Shown piece after piece: positions 8,327 to 17,324 of a DNA stretch of 64,000 nt (the first letter of the stretch is position 1; each line of letters starts with the position of its first letter). The notes beneath the pieces were generated by a model. It was given only the letters and a program-made list of their open reading frames with translations. It ran no database searches and was not told the DNA's origin. Made by a program: the position numbers and the translations under genes. Source of the stretch: a virus; the IMG/VR virus record IMGVR_UViG_3300027801_001565, one strand, 5' to 3'.

Positions 8327-9387
8327 TATGTAAGCTCCTTATATAGATTAGTAGCTGAAAAGTATTCTTTTTCCAGCTTATCTCTGTTTGTTTCAATGGC
8401 CGTTTGTACTGCCTGGTGTTCAAAGTTTGTCATCAAGTCTGTTATCTTCTGACATAACTCTTCCTTATGGTCCTGGTATGTCCTCCAATCTTCAGCCCAA
8501 TCTGATGGGTATTTAAATATGTCATCATACATTTCCATATAAGAAAGTCTATTAGGAACTAATGGAATCCCACCGCCTCTTAATATCTCATAACAGCTGA
8601 TGCCTAATGTCTCTTGATTGTTTGCTGAGAATACCATTTTAGATTCTTCGATAAGTCTGTTGTATTCTGGTTTTGTAAGATTGTAATCATTACAATTAAT
8701 AAATTGGTATTGAGGTAATTCCTCTGCCAGATCTAGAAATATATCTAGTTGTTTTTCTGGTGCGTTTCTGTGAGGGAATAGAATAATATCTTTCTTTTCT
8801 GTACCTGGATTTATATGTGTATTAAGATACTCCATAGGCCATCCTGTTCTTACAATTTTACTTCTTAAATATTCCTCATCTTGTTGTCCATCAAACATTA
8901 CAGTAGCAAACATACCAATGTGAAATTGAGATGCAAAATAGTTTCTATCGAAAGCATCAAACATAGCATACTCTGTATGTCTAACCCACTTCTTATTTCC
9001 TATACGTCTACCTAAGAAGTCATGTGCATCGTAACTACCTGCGTGCCATAAACCATGTGTAGTTATATCAACGTTCAATAACTCTGCCATGTATTTAAGT
9101 TGTAACACACCAGGGTGCCAAGCATCTGCAAAGACAAAGTGATCTCCATCTTCTACTTTTTCTTTCTGAAAAAGATCTGCTATAATTTTAACTTGTTCAG
9201 ACTTATAAATGTTCGTGCCTGCAAAGTCTAAGAAGGCACCGGGAGTGGTGCCATTTGCTATGTCTTCTGGTCCTTCTATAACAGTAACGTCCTGTCCTGT
9301 TCTATCAGATATTGACTGGGGGAACTCGTCTTTCCACTGAGCTGTATATCTAGTCTCTACATATTCTAAATCAACTAAATAAATCAT
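8326..9387 (-). CDS. GT-B fold glycosyltransferase-like protein
   Basis: C-terminal FPHRNAPEKQ...ETLGISCYE...GGIPLVPNRLSYMEM resembles the GT4-type E-x7-E nucleotide-sugar binding region. Confidence 0.7.
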   Translation of the reverse strand: MIYLVDLEYVETRYTAQWKDEFPQSISDRTGQDVTVIEGPEDIANGTTPGAFLDFAGTNIYKSEQVKIIADLFQKEKVEDGDHFVFADAWHPGVLQLKYMAELLNVDITTHGLWHAGSYDAHDFLGRRIGNKKWVRHTEYAMFDAFDRNYFASQFHIGMFATVMFDGQQDEEYLRSKIVRTGWPMEYLNTHINPGTEKKDIILFPHRNAPEKQLDIFLDLAEELPQYQFINCNDYNLTKPEYNRLIEESKMVFSANNQETLGISCYEILRGGGIPLVPNRLSYMEMYDDIFKYPSDWAEDWRTYQDHKEELCQKITDLMTNFEHQAVQTAIETNRDKLEKEYFSATNLYKELT

Positions 9388-9772
9388 TTTCTATTATCCC
9401 TCCATTCTCATTATCCTCGTATACTTCAACTCTAACAGGTCTGTTAGGATACTGTTCTTCTATATAATTTATAAGAGCTTCACCTATCATTTCACAAGAC
9501 TGGTGGTCTAGTTCGAGGACTGCGGTAGAGCTGTCTACTTCGTCATAAAGTCTTTCTAGTTCACGTTTAAATTGTATGAACTCTACATCTCTGTCGTTAT
9601 GTTCTACACCGAGTGTTACATAGAAATGGAACATGTGTCTGTGAGGATATCCTAAAAAGCTAACATCGTCCCATTCACCTGTAGCATACTTAGGATTTGT
9701 ATCTGCTCCTGGGAAAAAATGTACTCCCTCTTTTTGGAAGCTTACTTTTATGAAGCGGTTCTTATAAGCCAT
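9371..9772 (-). CDS. QueD-like T-fold protein, DpdL-like (putative CDG decarboxylase)
   Basis: LGYPHRHMF (LxxxHRHxF), SCEM, VYEDNENG; inside deazaguanine cluster. Confidence 0.65.
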   Translation of the reverse strand: MAYKNRFIKVSFQKEGVHFFPGADTNPKYATGEWDDVSFLGYPHRHMFHFYVTLGVEHNDRDVEFIQFKRELERLYDEVDSSTAVLELDHQSCEMIGEALINYIEEQYPNRPVRVEVYEDNENGGIIENDLFS

Positions 9773-10305
9773 GTTGGTTCCTCTCTGTTTGTATATTTAG
9801 CAAAGTCAATTTTGTATTTGTTGTAATACCTGCGATAAGAGTTGACTACACTCTCACCTTTTACATCGTCTGGCATTGCCAACGGTAATCCTTTTACATC
9901 TGCCTCACTAGCAAATGGAATATTTTTAGGTGCGTACTTCAAAAGATGTTCTAATTTTTCTTGTGTTAAGTGAGTACGCCCATACCTGTGAGTATATTCT
10001 TTAGATAGTTTATACCATAGATCATATAGATAATTATAATTGGCAGAGCTACTTCTAACCCAGATACCATCTGGGTGGTTAACATGGCTTGCCTTATATA
10101 ATGTAGATTCCATATTGTTATTACTATGTCTCCATCGCTTGATAGCTCTACCGTTTTTTGTTTTGTCTCCATATAAATCTCCGTCTAATACTCTATGTGC
10201 TGTAGACATTAGTTGTGCGTATTCAATTACCATTTTAACAACATGCTTATCACAATGTTGTTCTGCACATAGTAGTGGGTTTTCATTAAGTAAAAATATG
10301 TTCAT
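9748..10305 (-). CDS. Pyrimidine-dimer DNA glycosylase (DenV/endonuclease V-like)
   Basis: MNIF..HCDKHVVKMVIEYAQLMSTAHR, HVNHP, EYTHRYGRTH, AMPD, YRRYY. Confidence 0.8.
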   Translation of the reverse strand: MNIFLLNENPLLCAEQHCDKHVVKMVIEYAQLMSTAHRVLDGDLYGDKTKNGRAIKRWRHSNNNMESTLYKASHVNHPDGIWVRSSSANYNYLYDLWYKLSKEYTHRYGRTHLTQEKLEHLLKYAPKNIPFASEADVKGLPLAMPDDVKGESVVNSYRRYYNKYKIDFAKYTNREEPTWLIRTAS

Positions 10306-11576
10306 TCAAATAAATCCTCTAAACTACTAGGTGCCTCCGTACCAACAGCCATGCTCTTCATACTGCCACCTAAATACTGGTTGTTTTCCCAGGCATCGTA
10401 TTCTTCACGATTAGTTACATTGTACAAGTTTCTGAACTGTCCGTCAAGTTTTAACTTACCCGTAAACTTCAATAAGGTATCCTTGTCTAACATCATAGAT
10501 TCTAAGTGTGCCATAAAGTTTCTAATGGACATTAGGATAAATGCTGTCCTAACATAGATCCAAGTGTTTAAGTTGCCATATTTCTCTTTAGCTTTTAAGG
10601 AAGGTGTGTTCATAAGCTCGTGAAATTCGTCTAGATCTACGCCCAATTGGACTGTTTCCTGCACGTTATTGTACATTTCACGATACAAATTAGACATTTT
10701 CCTATTGAACTTAGTTGTGCCTTTACCCATGTAATATAAACCCGTCTCAACCGCCCTGCTGTGTGTAGTAGAGTCATATGATATTTCTACATTGTCATAC
10801 AAACCGTTCTGACAAAAGACTAAGTAAGGAAGCATACGTCTGATACTACCTACTCCCAAGACGTGTAAGTGCATGATCTCTTGTGGCCATATCTTAGCAA
10901 TCTCAGAGGCAATAAAGGCTCTTTTAACATCTTCTAATGGGCCGGTGCCTAGAGCCGCTGCTCCCATTGCAACACCACCAATTCTATCGTGCCATTCTGA
11001 TGGTACTTCTTCCATTAGAAGCTCATACCATCTAAGGTATGTATCAATACAGTTACCCTGTAGGATAATATAAGGTTTACATGTACTACCTGCTTTATCA
11101 AATATTTCTAATTGTCTTTTAACATTTCTACCTGTCTTACGAGCCAGTTCTTCATAGTTCTCAAAGTCAAAGAACCTAGCCTTTGTATCGTTTCTATCTG
11201 ACTTACCGCCTGTAAGGATAACAGGTATCTCATCAAAGCACATGCCAACGTCTGCCCACTTGGCTTGGTTCTCATATACTTTATCTTTTAATTCATCTGT
11301 AATTACCATACCTTGGGTAACAATCTGTAGTCCACCTGAGTCTGCGTGGATCTCATTTACATGAGGCTTATATACTGTGAACCTTTCACCAAAGCTTGAC
11401 TCTGTATGTGCGTTGTAAAGCATAGAAAACTTGTGGCTATGTACATCAGTTACTAACTTGTCTATAAGCATGTTTATTATCTGGGAGTTTGTCTCGTCTT
11501 TTGCTACACTAGGATTACTAAATCTCATATAGCTAGTACCCGAAACAACATAGTCTAGTTTTCTATTTTTAATCAT
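10302..11576 (-). CDS. dpdA: DNA 7-deazaguanine transglycosylase (TGT-fold, DpdA family)
   Basis: ADSGGLQ, FDEIP, ILQG, HLHVLGVG, SYDSTTH; lacks the tRNA-TGT CxCxxC zinc site; clustered with folE/queD/queE. Confidence 0.8.
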   Translation of the reverse strand: MIKNRKLDYVVSGTSYMRFSNPSVAKDETNSQIINMLIDKLVTDVHSHKFSMLYNAHTESSFGERFTVYKPHVNEIHADSGGLQIVTQGMVITDELKDKVYENQAKWADVGMCFDEIPVILTGGKSDRNDTKARFFDFENYEELARKTGRNVKRQLEIFDKAGSTCKPYIILQGNCIDTYLRWYELLMEEVPSEWHDRIGGVAMGAAALGTGPLEDVKRAFIASEIAKIWPQEIMHLHVLGVGSIRRMLPYLVFCQNGLYDNVEISYDSTTHSRAVETGLYYMGKGTTKFNRKMSNLYREMYNNVQETVQLGVDLDEFHELMNTPSLKAKEKYGNLNTWIYVRTAFILMSIRNFMAHLESMMLDKDTLLKFTGKLKLDGQFRNLYNVTNREEYDAWENNQYLGGSMKSMAVGTEAPSSLEDLFE

Positions 11577-12082
11577 GATCTAAGAATCTCAATTAACACC
11601 TTAGCTTCTGCTGTTGCATCGTCTAAAGCATTGTGGTTATTTGCCTTGGGCAATCTTTTATTCAATACATTCATAAGAGTTCGTAAACAAGATATGTCCC
11701 AGAACTTCCAGGGTATGTCTACGTTCACTGCTTTCATTGCACTCTCTAATATAACAATATCAAAGTTGGCACCGTAACCCCATGCTGGGAATGATTGTGT
11801 GCCGTACCAAGACACAAATTTGTCTAGTGCTTCTTGTAGATCAACAGGATCTTTTTGCCAAGCCTCTCTAGCCTCGACAGTTTGTTCTTGCCACCACTTA
11901 ATTGTACCAGGATCTATGTGTAGTCCTGCCTCTTTACATGACTTAGCATCTACATTAATATAAAACGTATCTACAATTTCCATGTTGTCAATTAGTACTG
12001 CCCCAATAGATACAATACATGCGTTAGGTTCTGTACTTAGAGTTTCTAAGTCAATTACTACATGTTTTTTAGATGTGTCCAT
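11573..12082 (-). CDS. DEDDh 3'-5' exonuclease (DexA-like)
   Basis: IDLETL, GANFD, HNALDDA. Confidence 0.85.
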   Translation of the reverse strand: MDTSKKHVVIDLETLSTEPNACIVSIGAVLIDNMEIVDTFYINVDAKSCKEAGLHIDPGTIKWWQEQTVEAREAWQKDPVDLQEALDKFVSWYGTQSFPAWGYGANFDIVILESAMKAVNVDIPWKFWDISCLRTLMNVLNKRLPKANNHNALDDATAEAKVLIEILRS

Positions 12083-12761
12083 TGCCTATTTCCTGTAATT
12101 TAATATTGTCCATAAATTCTTGTTTAAGATGTATGTTAGTTTTTAACTCACCTTTAACAACCGTTGTTTGTGTAGAACTATTACTTGCCATTATGCCTCT
12201 GTTCTCACAGCAACCATGTCTCGCTCTAATGTAAACTGCTACACCCTTACTTTGTGTAAGTTTCTCAATACGTTCTGCTATCATTTCTGTTAGCTCTTCT
12301 TGTAAGTGTCCGCGATTTGATAAGTGCTGAGCAACTCTTGTGTACTTGGACAAACCAATAACAAAGTCACCTGGCAAACACCCTATGTAACATACACCAC
12401 TCACTGGTTGGTGATGATGTGAACACATGGATTTAATATTCATTCGTACAACAATTAGTTGATCGTACTGGCCTTCGTTAGGGAAAGAAGCTATCCTAGG
12501 ATCTGGTAAATACCTACCACTCATTATCTCATTAATATACATCTTTGCCAAACGATTAGCTGTACCTTCTGAATTTGGATCATTGTCTGTGTCTATAATA
12601 AGACTACTTAATACTCCTTGAAACTTACTTGCCAACTCGTCTATAAGTTGTTGTCTCTCATAGTCATCTAATATATATTCTGAAATATTATCAGCGGCAA
12701 AGTAACGTTTACCGTCTGCCTTTAGTCTTGTCTTAATTATCTCGCTCATTAAATCTGTCAT
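12069..12761 (-). CDS. folE: GTP cyclohydrolase I
   Basis: SMCSHHHQP, GLSKYTR, LQEELT, HGCCENRG; start re-called to MTDLM (TAATG overlap). Confidence 0.95.
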   Translation of the reverse strand: MTDLMSEIIKTRLKADGKRYFAADNISEYILDDYERQQLIDELASKFQGVLSSLIIDTDNDPNSEGTANRLAKMYINEIMSGRYLPDPRIASFPNEGQYDQLIVVRMNIKSMCSHHHQPVSGVCYIGCLPGDFVIGLSKYTRVAQHLSNRGHLQEELTEMIAERIEKLTQSKGVAVYIRARHGCCENRGIMASNSSTQTTVVKGELKTNIHLKQEFMDNIKLQEIGNGHI

Positions 12762-13183
12762 TATTTTTTCTCCCACGGAAATACTAACCATTGTGTGTTA
12801 TTATACAGAGTCTTACCTACAAAGTCAAGCTCCATTGTACCAATTTTATCATAAAGTACCGCCCATTGGCTAGTAGGCATGTACTCTTTTATCTGTTGTA
12901 TTGTTAACCCAGAGTCACATATATCATCTACAAATATCAGCTCGTCTACGTTCTCTTCTAAGTTAAGTAGAGTTGGTACATCTTTATCGCTACCATCTCT
13001 TGTCTGCCATTGTAGAGCTGTAAAAGGTATGTCTAACATCTGAGATATCATAACCCCTGGTATAAGTCCACCTCTACTAATGCCTATTACTCTTTTATAT
13101 TCTCTCTCACCTATTCGTAATGCCAACAACTGGACAATCTTTTCCATCTGACTCCAGTTGATATACATTTTAGGCTCACTCAT
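12761..13183 (-). CDS. Purine phosphoribosyltransferase (Gpt-like)
   Basis: GISRGGLIPG, FVDDICDSGLT (PRPP-binding loop), WLVFPWE; start re-called to MSEPK. Confidence 0.88.
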   Translation of the reverse strand: MSEPKMYINWSQMEKIVQLLALRIGEREYKRVIGISRGGLIPGVMISQMLDIPFTALQWQTRDGSDKDVPTLLNLEENVDELIFVDDICDSGLTIQQIKEYMPTSQWAVLYDKIGTMELDFVGKTLYNNTQWLVFPWEKK

Positions 13184-13392
13184 ATTTTTACCGCCAGTAC
13201 AACTAGGATACATAGCTGAATTATAATAACCAACAGTAACTCTAATGCTAAAATTGTGTGATACCATATCCATCTTGTTTTATATGCTGTATCTATTGAT
13301 ACGTCTGCTGGATCTGGATCTAGCCATTGTTCCTTCGGTATCGCTATCGGTGAGGTGCCTCCCCACATTACTTCTTTAAATCGTTTCCACAT
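13180..13392 (-). CDS. Small membrane protein
   Basis: C-terminal hydrophobic helix; tightly packed between queE and the PRTase. Confidence 0.65.
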   Translation of the reverse strand: MWKRFKEVMWGGTSPIAIPKEQWLDPDPADVSIDTAYKTRWIWYHTILALELLLVIIIQLCILVVLAVKI

Positions 13393-13393
13393 T

Positions 13394-14281
13394 TTATGTC
13401 CCCCATGCGTTGCCGAAGAGATCTATATGTAATCGAGGACTAAATTTATATCCAGTCTTCATACATGCCTCTGCTACGTCTTTTGCTGTTAGTGCTTGTT
13501 GTTCCATTGTTGCGCCTTCTGGCATACAATATACCGAATGTATCTGTACCCCACTTTTCTGATACTGTAGAACAAAATAGTCTACCTCAGTAAAGTCTTC
13601 TATATCACGAACAACAAATTTGTTATATAGAAAGCTGTTATATACCTGATTCATTGTAACCAGTGCGTCTGGAATACATGCCTCGTCTTGCTTTTCACCA
13701 CTAAGGCTTAGCTTAGGAGATGTACTCCATGTTACATGTACTTTATCGTGGTTCGCATTAAAAAACTCTACTAGTGCTGGTGTAACCTTTTGTGTGCCAT
13801 TAGTTTCAAACGTTACATTCTTTAATCCTATGTTCATACACATTTGTATGAGCTCAGGCCATACTCTCTGCCAGCCTAACAAAGGTTCACCACCTGTAAT
13901 AACTAAATGTATGTCTTCCTTCTCATCAAACTTCCCATTAGGTAGTAGGCTGACGATATGTTCAAATACCTCATCAGAAGTCTTTGTCATTTGTAGATGC
14001 TTATATTTCATAGCCCATGAAGCAGAACTATCACATCCAACAGGTGTAACTGGAAGTTCTGATATGTCTTTGTAAGCGTCTGGATGATTTTTATCGCCCT
14101 TAGGATCTAACATGTAGGGCATCTGATCTGTAGCAAGGTAGTTGCCACGTTCCTGTCCAAAGCCTGCACACTCAAAGTTGCAACCGAAAGTTCTCAAGAA
14201 TACACTAGGGACTCCTACGAATCTGCCTTCGCCTTGGATGCTATAAAAAGCTTCGCTGTATCTAAGTTTTGATTGTTTCAT
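13394..14281 (-). CDS. queE: 7-carboxy-7-deazaguanine synthase (radical SAM)
   Basis: FYSIQGEG..G.PSVFLRTFGCNFEC..GCDS, ITGGEPL, FETNGT, SPKL, SPRLH. Confidence 0.93.
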   Translation of the reverse strand: MKQSKLRYSEAFYSIQGEGRFVGVPSVFLRTFGCNFECAGFGQERGNYLATDQMPYMLDPKGDKNHPDAYKDISELPVTPVGCDSSASWAMKYKHLQMTKTSDEVFEHIVSLLPNGKFDEKEDIHLVITGGEPLLGWQRVWPELIQMCMNIGLKNVTFETNGTQKVTPALVEFFNANHDKVHVTWSTSPKLSLSGEKQDEACIPDALVTMNQVYNSFLYNKFVVRDIEDFTEVDYFVLQYQKSGVQIHSVYCMPEGATMEQQALTAKDVAEACMKTGYKFSPRLHIDLFGNAWGT

Positions 14282-14289
14282 AATATGGT

Positions 14290-14318
14290 ATTATATATAA
14301 GTCCTAGGTAGAAGTCAA
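14290..14318 (-). promoter_or_regulatory. sigma70-type promoter TTGACT-N17-TATAAT, 8 nt before queE ATG
   Basis: Direct sequence match. Confidence 0.75.
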
Positions 14319-14980
14319 GACATAAATTCGTCGTTTGGTTGACCGTTTTCTTCAATTACTTTCTCGGTGGGGTTAAGTGCCTCTGCTTCTGCCTCTGCTG
14401 CTGCCAAAGCCTCTGCTGCTTTAATTTTTTCGTCTAAGTATTTAGGTCTACGTTTAGGCATCTTCTTGCCTTCGTTCTGTTTGTCTGCTTTAATATTATC
14501 TGCTTCAGCTTGTTCAATAATATTTCTCATATAACCTAAGTAGTCGTTAGTGTGTTCAGTACCGTCTGCACTATTCTCTAGAATCTGTTCAATGTCTAAC
14601 GATTTAATGTACTTGAACTTTGTTTCCATCTGACGCTTCTCTTTCTGAATACGTCTAATGAATGCGTAGTATGTTATTTGTGTGAAGTAAGCAAAGGGAT
14701 TAGATGATTTTGCTGGATCAAAGTTGTGCATATATGTAAGACAGTTTTCAATGCCGTCTAGGATCATTTCATCTCTGAATGTATAGTTTACAAAGTTTGC
14801 CTTGTAAGCTAAATGGTTTGCAATCTTAACAAAACATTCTCCGATGTAGTTTGTTACACGTGGTTTTTCTTCACCACTCTCTTCTGCTTCCAACCTGGAA
14901 GTACGGTACTCAGATATCCTTGCTAAGAATTCTTTGTTGTCAATGTAATGTGCCGAGTTTGGGTCACGTCTTTTAGCCAT
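14315..14980 (-). CDS. gp55: Late transcription sigma factor (T4 gp55)
   Basis: HYIDNKEF, YIGECFVKIA, NPFAYFTQI.YYAFIRRI.KEK. Confidence 0.96.
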   Translation of the reverse strand: MAKRRDPNSAHYIDNKEFLARISEYRTSRLEAEESGEEKPRVTNYIGECFVKIANHLAYKANFVNYTFRDEMILDGIENCLTYMHNFDPAKSSNPFAYFTQITYYAFIRRIQKEKRQMETKFKYIKSLDIEQILENSADGTEHTNDYLGYMRNIIEQAEADNIKADKQNEGKKMPKRRPKYLDEKIKAAEALAAAEAEAEALNPTEKVIEENGQPNDEFMS

Positions 14981-14992
14981 AATATATACTCC

Positions 14993-15400
14993 TTAATGTA
15001 TTTGTTTTTTATCTATTGCTTCTGCATAATCTAGTAATTCTTCTAGCTCCTCAAAACTATTTTCTTCTTGGGGAGCCTCTTCTTCTTCACCGATAAAACT
15101 ACCGGTCCAGTTTGTTGATTCAAGATAAATCTGATCAACCATTCTATGATAACCTTCATGGAAACTTAGTTGTAATTCTGCTGTTGTAATAACATGCTGA
15201 GAATCTATTGTAAATGTTTGTCCTTCGGCAATTGCTATCCAAGGCCTAAGATTAATCTGTTCACCTATTAGTCCAGGGATATTAGATACATGGCTTACTA
15301 ATTCTATTGGGTGTGTTATCTCTATAGAATCAGGGCCGAGCTCTACCTTACCTACTAGTGTGGTACCGTTTGCTAATTTAACTATGATAGGTTCAGACAT
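14993..15400 (-). CDS. Conserved hypothetical protein between uvsW and gp55
   Basis: IIVKLANG...LRPW; synteny with T4-like phages. Confidence 0.65.
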   Translation of the reverse strand: MSEPIIVKLANGTTLVGKVELGPDSIEITHPIELVSHVSNIPGLIGEQINLRPWIAIAEGQTFTIDSQHVITTAELQLSFHEGYHRMVDQIYLESTNWTGSFIGEEEEAPQEENSFEELEELLDYAEAIDKKQIH

Positions 15401-16859
15401 CTAATTTTACCAGTTTATAATCGAAACCTTCTTCGTTATAAATCTTGATCCTCTCAATTAAGTGATACAAAGTATAATTCTTTTTGGACTTCCATGATAA
15501 ATCATCACCAATATCAAACAAATTACATCTAGTCTTCTGTCCACCTCGTCTGAGTCCTCTACCTATACTCTGTAAATTTCTTATCCTGCTCTTACTAGGT
15601 GAAGCGAAAACAATATTATGTAAGTTCCTTATATTTATACCTGTAGAAAACGTTCCGTATGATGCAACTATTATAGCATCTTTTTCCTTCTCTGTCAATG
15701 CCCGAATTCCTTCTCTGGTTTCCGTGTCAGTACCACCATAGACAAAGAACACTTTCCTATCACCTTTAGCAGATTGTTTAATCATATCGTATATAACCTT
15801 TCCATGTTTTTCTACATACTGGAATAACACTAGAGTATTACCGTCTTGTGCCAAAGTAAGGTTCTTAATTATATTGTTCCTTGCCTCACATTTAACGATC
15901 CAATCTATCTCTTCCTGGTATGTTGACTTAGAGAGTATTTTCTTATCCTCATCCTTATGGTTTATTGTACAACATATAATCTTTAGCTCTGCTAGTTGTT
16001 TGTCGTCCATTAACTTTTTAGTTGTTGTAACTTTATGTGTCTGTCCAAACACACCTTCTAATACTAGTTTATGAGTCTTTGTGCCATCTAGAGTACCCGT
16101 AGTTCCTATTCTATAAGGTGTATTAACACACTTGTTCATAAGAGTTGTTAGGGATTTAGCCTTAAATAAATGTGCCTCGTCTCCATACATAACATCAAAT
16201 TCTGCAAACCAACTCTTAGGATACTTGTAGATAGATTGCCATGTACTTATTGTAACAGGGAAGTCATTAGTCTTTTCTTTACCGCCATATATTTTATGGC
16301 AGTTGTCTTGTACCTTCCAGCCATTTGCTGTAGAATAGTCTGCAAAGTCACCGTACATTTGTTCTACCAGTGATGTAGTAGGTACAATAATTAATTGTTT
16401 CCTACCCTTTATCTGATGATAACGAATGAGGCTGTAAATGATAAGAGACTTACCACTAGCAGTAGGAGATAGTAGTAGAGTCCTTCCAGTTTTAATAGAG
16501 TGGGTGACTGCTTCTTTTTGATAGTCCCGAATCTCGATATCTTTTTCATCGCTTTGTAATTTAAGCTCCTTAGTAAATTTTTCTATGTCAAGTGTTTCGC
16601 CTATTTCAGGCATGTTAACTTCTATTGGGTACTCTAATGTTTGAGCAAACTCTTTCAAGTAAGGTAGTAATCCAATGTACAATTCTTTGGTGTACATACT
16701 ATATAATCTAGCCTTGCCGTCCCACATTCTGTTTCTATACATGGGCATAAACTTGGCACCCGGTACATCGAATGTAAAGAAGTCGTTTATCTCAGAGTCG
16801 GTACTTAAATCAGTATCAACATGTAGATAAACCTCATCTTTCTTGGTAACTGTTATCAT
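15393..16859 (-). CDS. uvsW: RNA-DNA/DNA helicase
   Basis: SPTASGKS, GDEAH, QSIGRGLR. Confidence 0.95.
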   Translation of the reverse strand: MITVTKKDEVYLHVDTDLSTDSEINDFFTFDVPGAKFMPMYRNRMWDGKARLYSMYTKELYIGLLPYLKEFAQTLEYPIEVNMPEIGETLDIEKFTKELKLQSDEKDIEIRDYQKEAVTHSIKTGRTLLLSPTASGKSLIIYSLIRYHQIKGRKQLIIVPTTSLVEQMYGDFADYSTANGWKVQDNCHKIYGGKEKTNDFPVTISTWQSIYKYPKSWFAEFDVMYGDEAHLFKAKSLTTLMNKCVNTPYRIGTTGTLDGTKTHKLVLEGVFGQTHKVTTTKKLMDDKQLAELKIICCTINHKDEDKKILSKSTYQEEIDWIVKCEARNNIIKNLTLAQDGNTLVLFQYVEKHGKVIYDMIKQSAKGDRKVFFVYGGTDTETREGIRALTEKEKDAIIVASYGTFSTGINIRNLHNIVFASPSKSRIRNLQSIGRGLRRGGQKTRCNLFDIGDDLSWKSKKNYTLYHLIERIKIYNEEGFDYKLVKLDV

Positions 16860-17299
16860 ATAATTCCGTTAGTAAACTTGGTCCATTCAATGGCGTTTTT
16901 AATATCGAATGATCTACTATTAATAGACTTCATTATATAATCGCATTGTGTAAGACATGTATTAATGTACTCAACTTTATCTGTTAGTCTAATTACATCT
17001 GCATCTGTATCTAGGTACTCATTCATCTGATTATTCAAAGGAGCGTTTCCTAAGTACTGATCCCAGCCTAAATTGTTAAGTTCTTTTTGGTCCAACTCAC
17101 CGCGAAAGTACTTCCACTTCACACGCCTGAGACTTAATAGATCTGATTGAGACTTTCTAAGTTGTAATTTAAATGTTGTTAATTGGTTCAGGTATTTTGA
17201 GTGTAGTTCTGGTATTCGTGTAGATTCCTGTCCTAGGTTAAGTTCATTAACCTTACAGTCTATACTCCATTCATCTTGTATTTCGTTAAGCGTTTTCAC
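16856..17299 (-). CDS. uvsY: Recombination mediator
   Basis: IPELHSKY, IKNAIEWTKF; adjacent to uvsW. Confidence 0.9.
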   Translation of the reverse strand: MKTLNEIQDEWSIDCKVNELNLGQESTRIPELHSKYLNQLTTFKLQLRKSQSDLLSLRRVKWKYFRGELDQKELNNLGWDQYLGNAPLNNQMNEYLDTDADVIRLTDKVEYINTCLTQCDYIMKSINSRSFDIKNAIEWTKFTNGII

Positions 17300-17324
17300 A
17301 CATCACCTTCTTTATAATATATAC

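Noticed and set aside
10302-11576. tRNA-guanine transglycosylase for queuosine (host tRNA auxiliary gene)
   Set aside because: No C-terminal zinc-binding motif of bacterial Tgt and no queA/queF/queG; context fits DNA-acting DpdA better, though not proven
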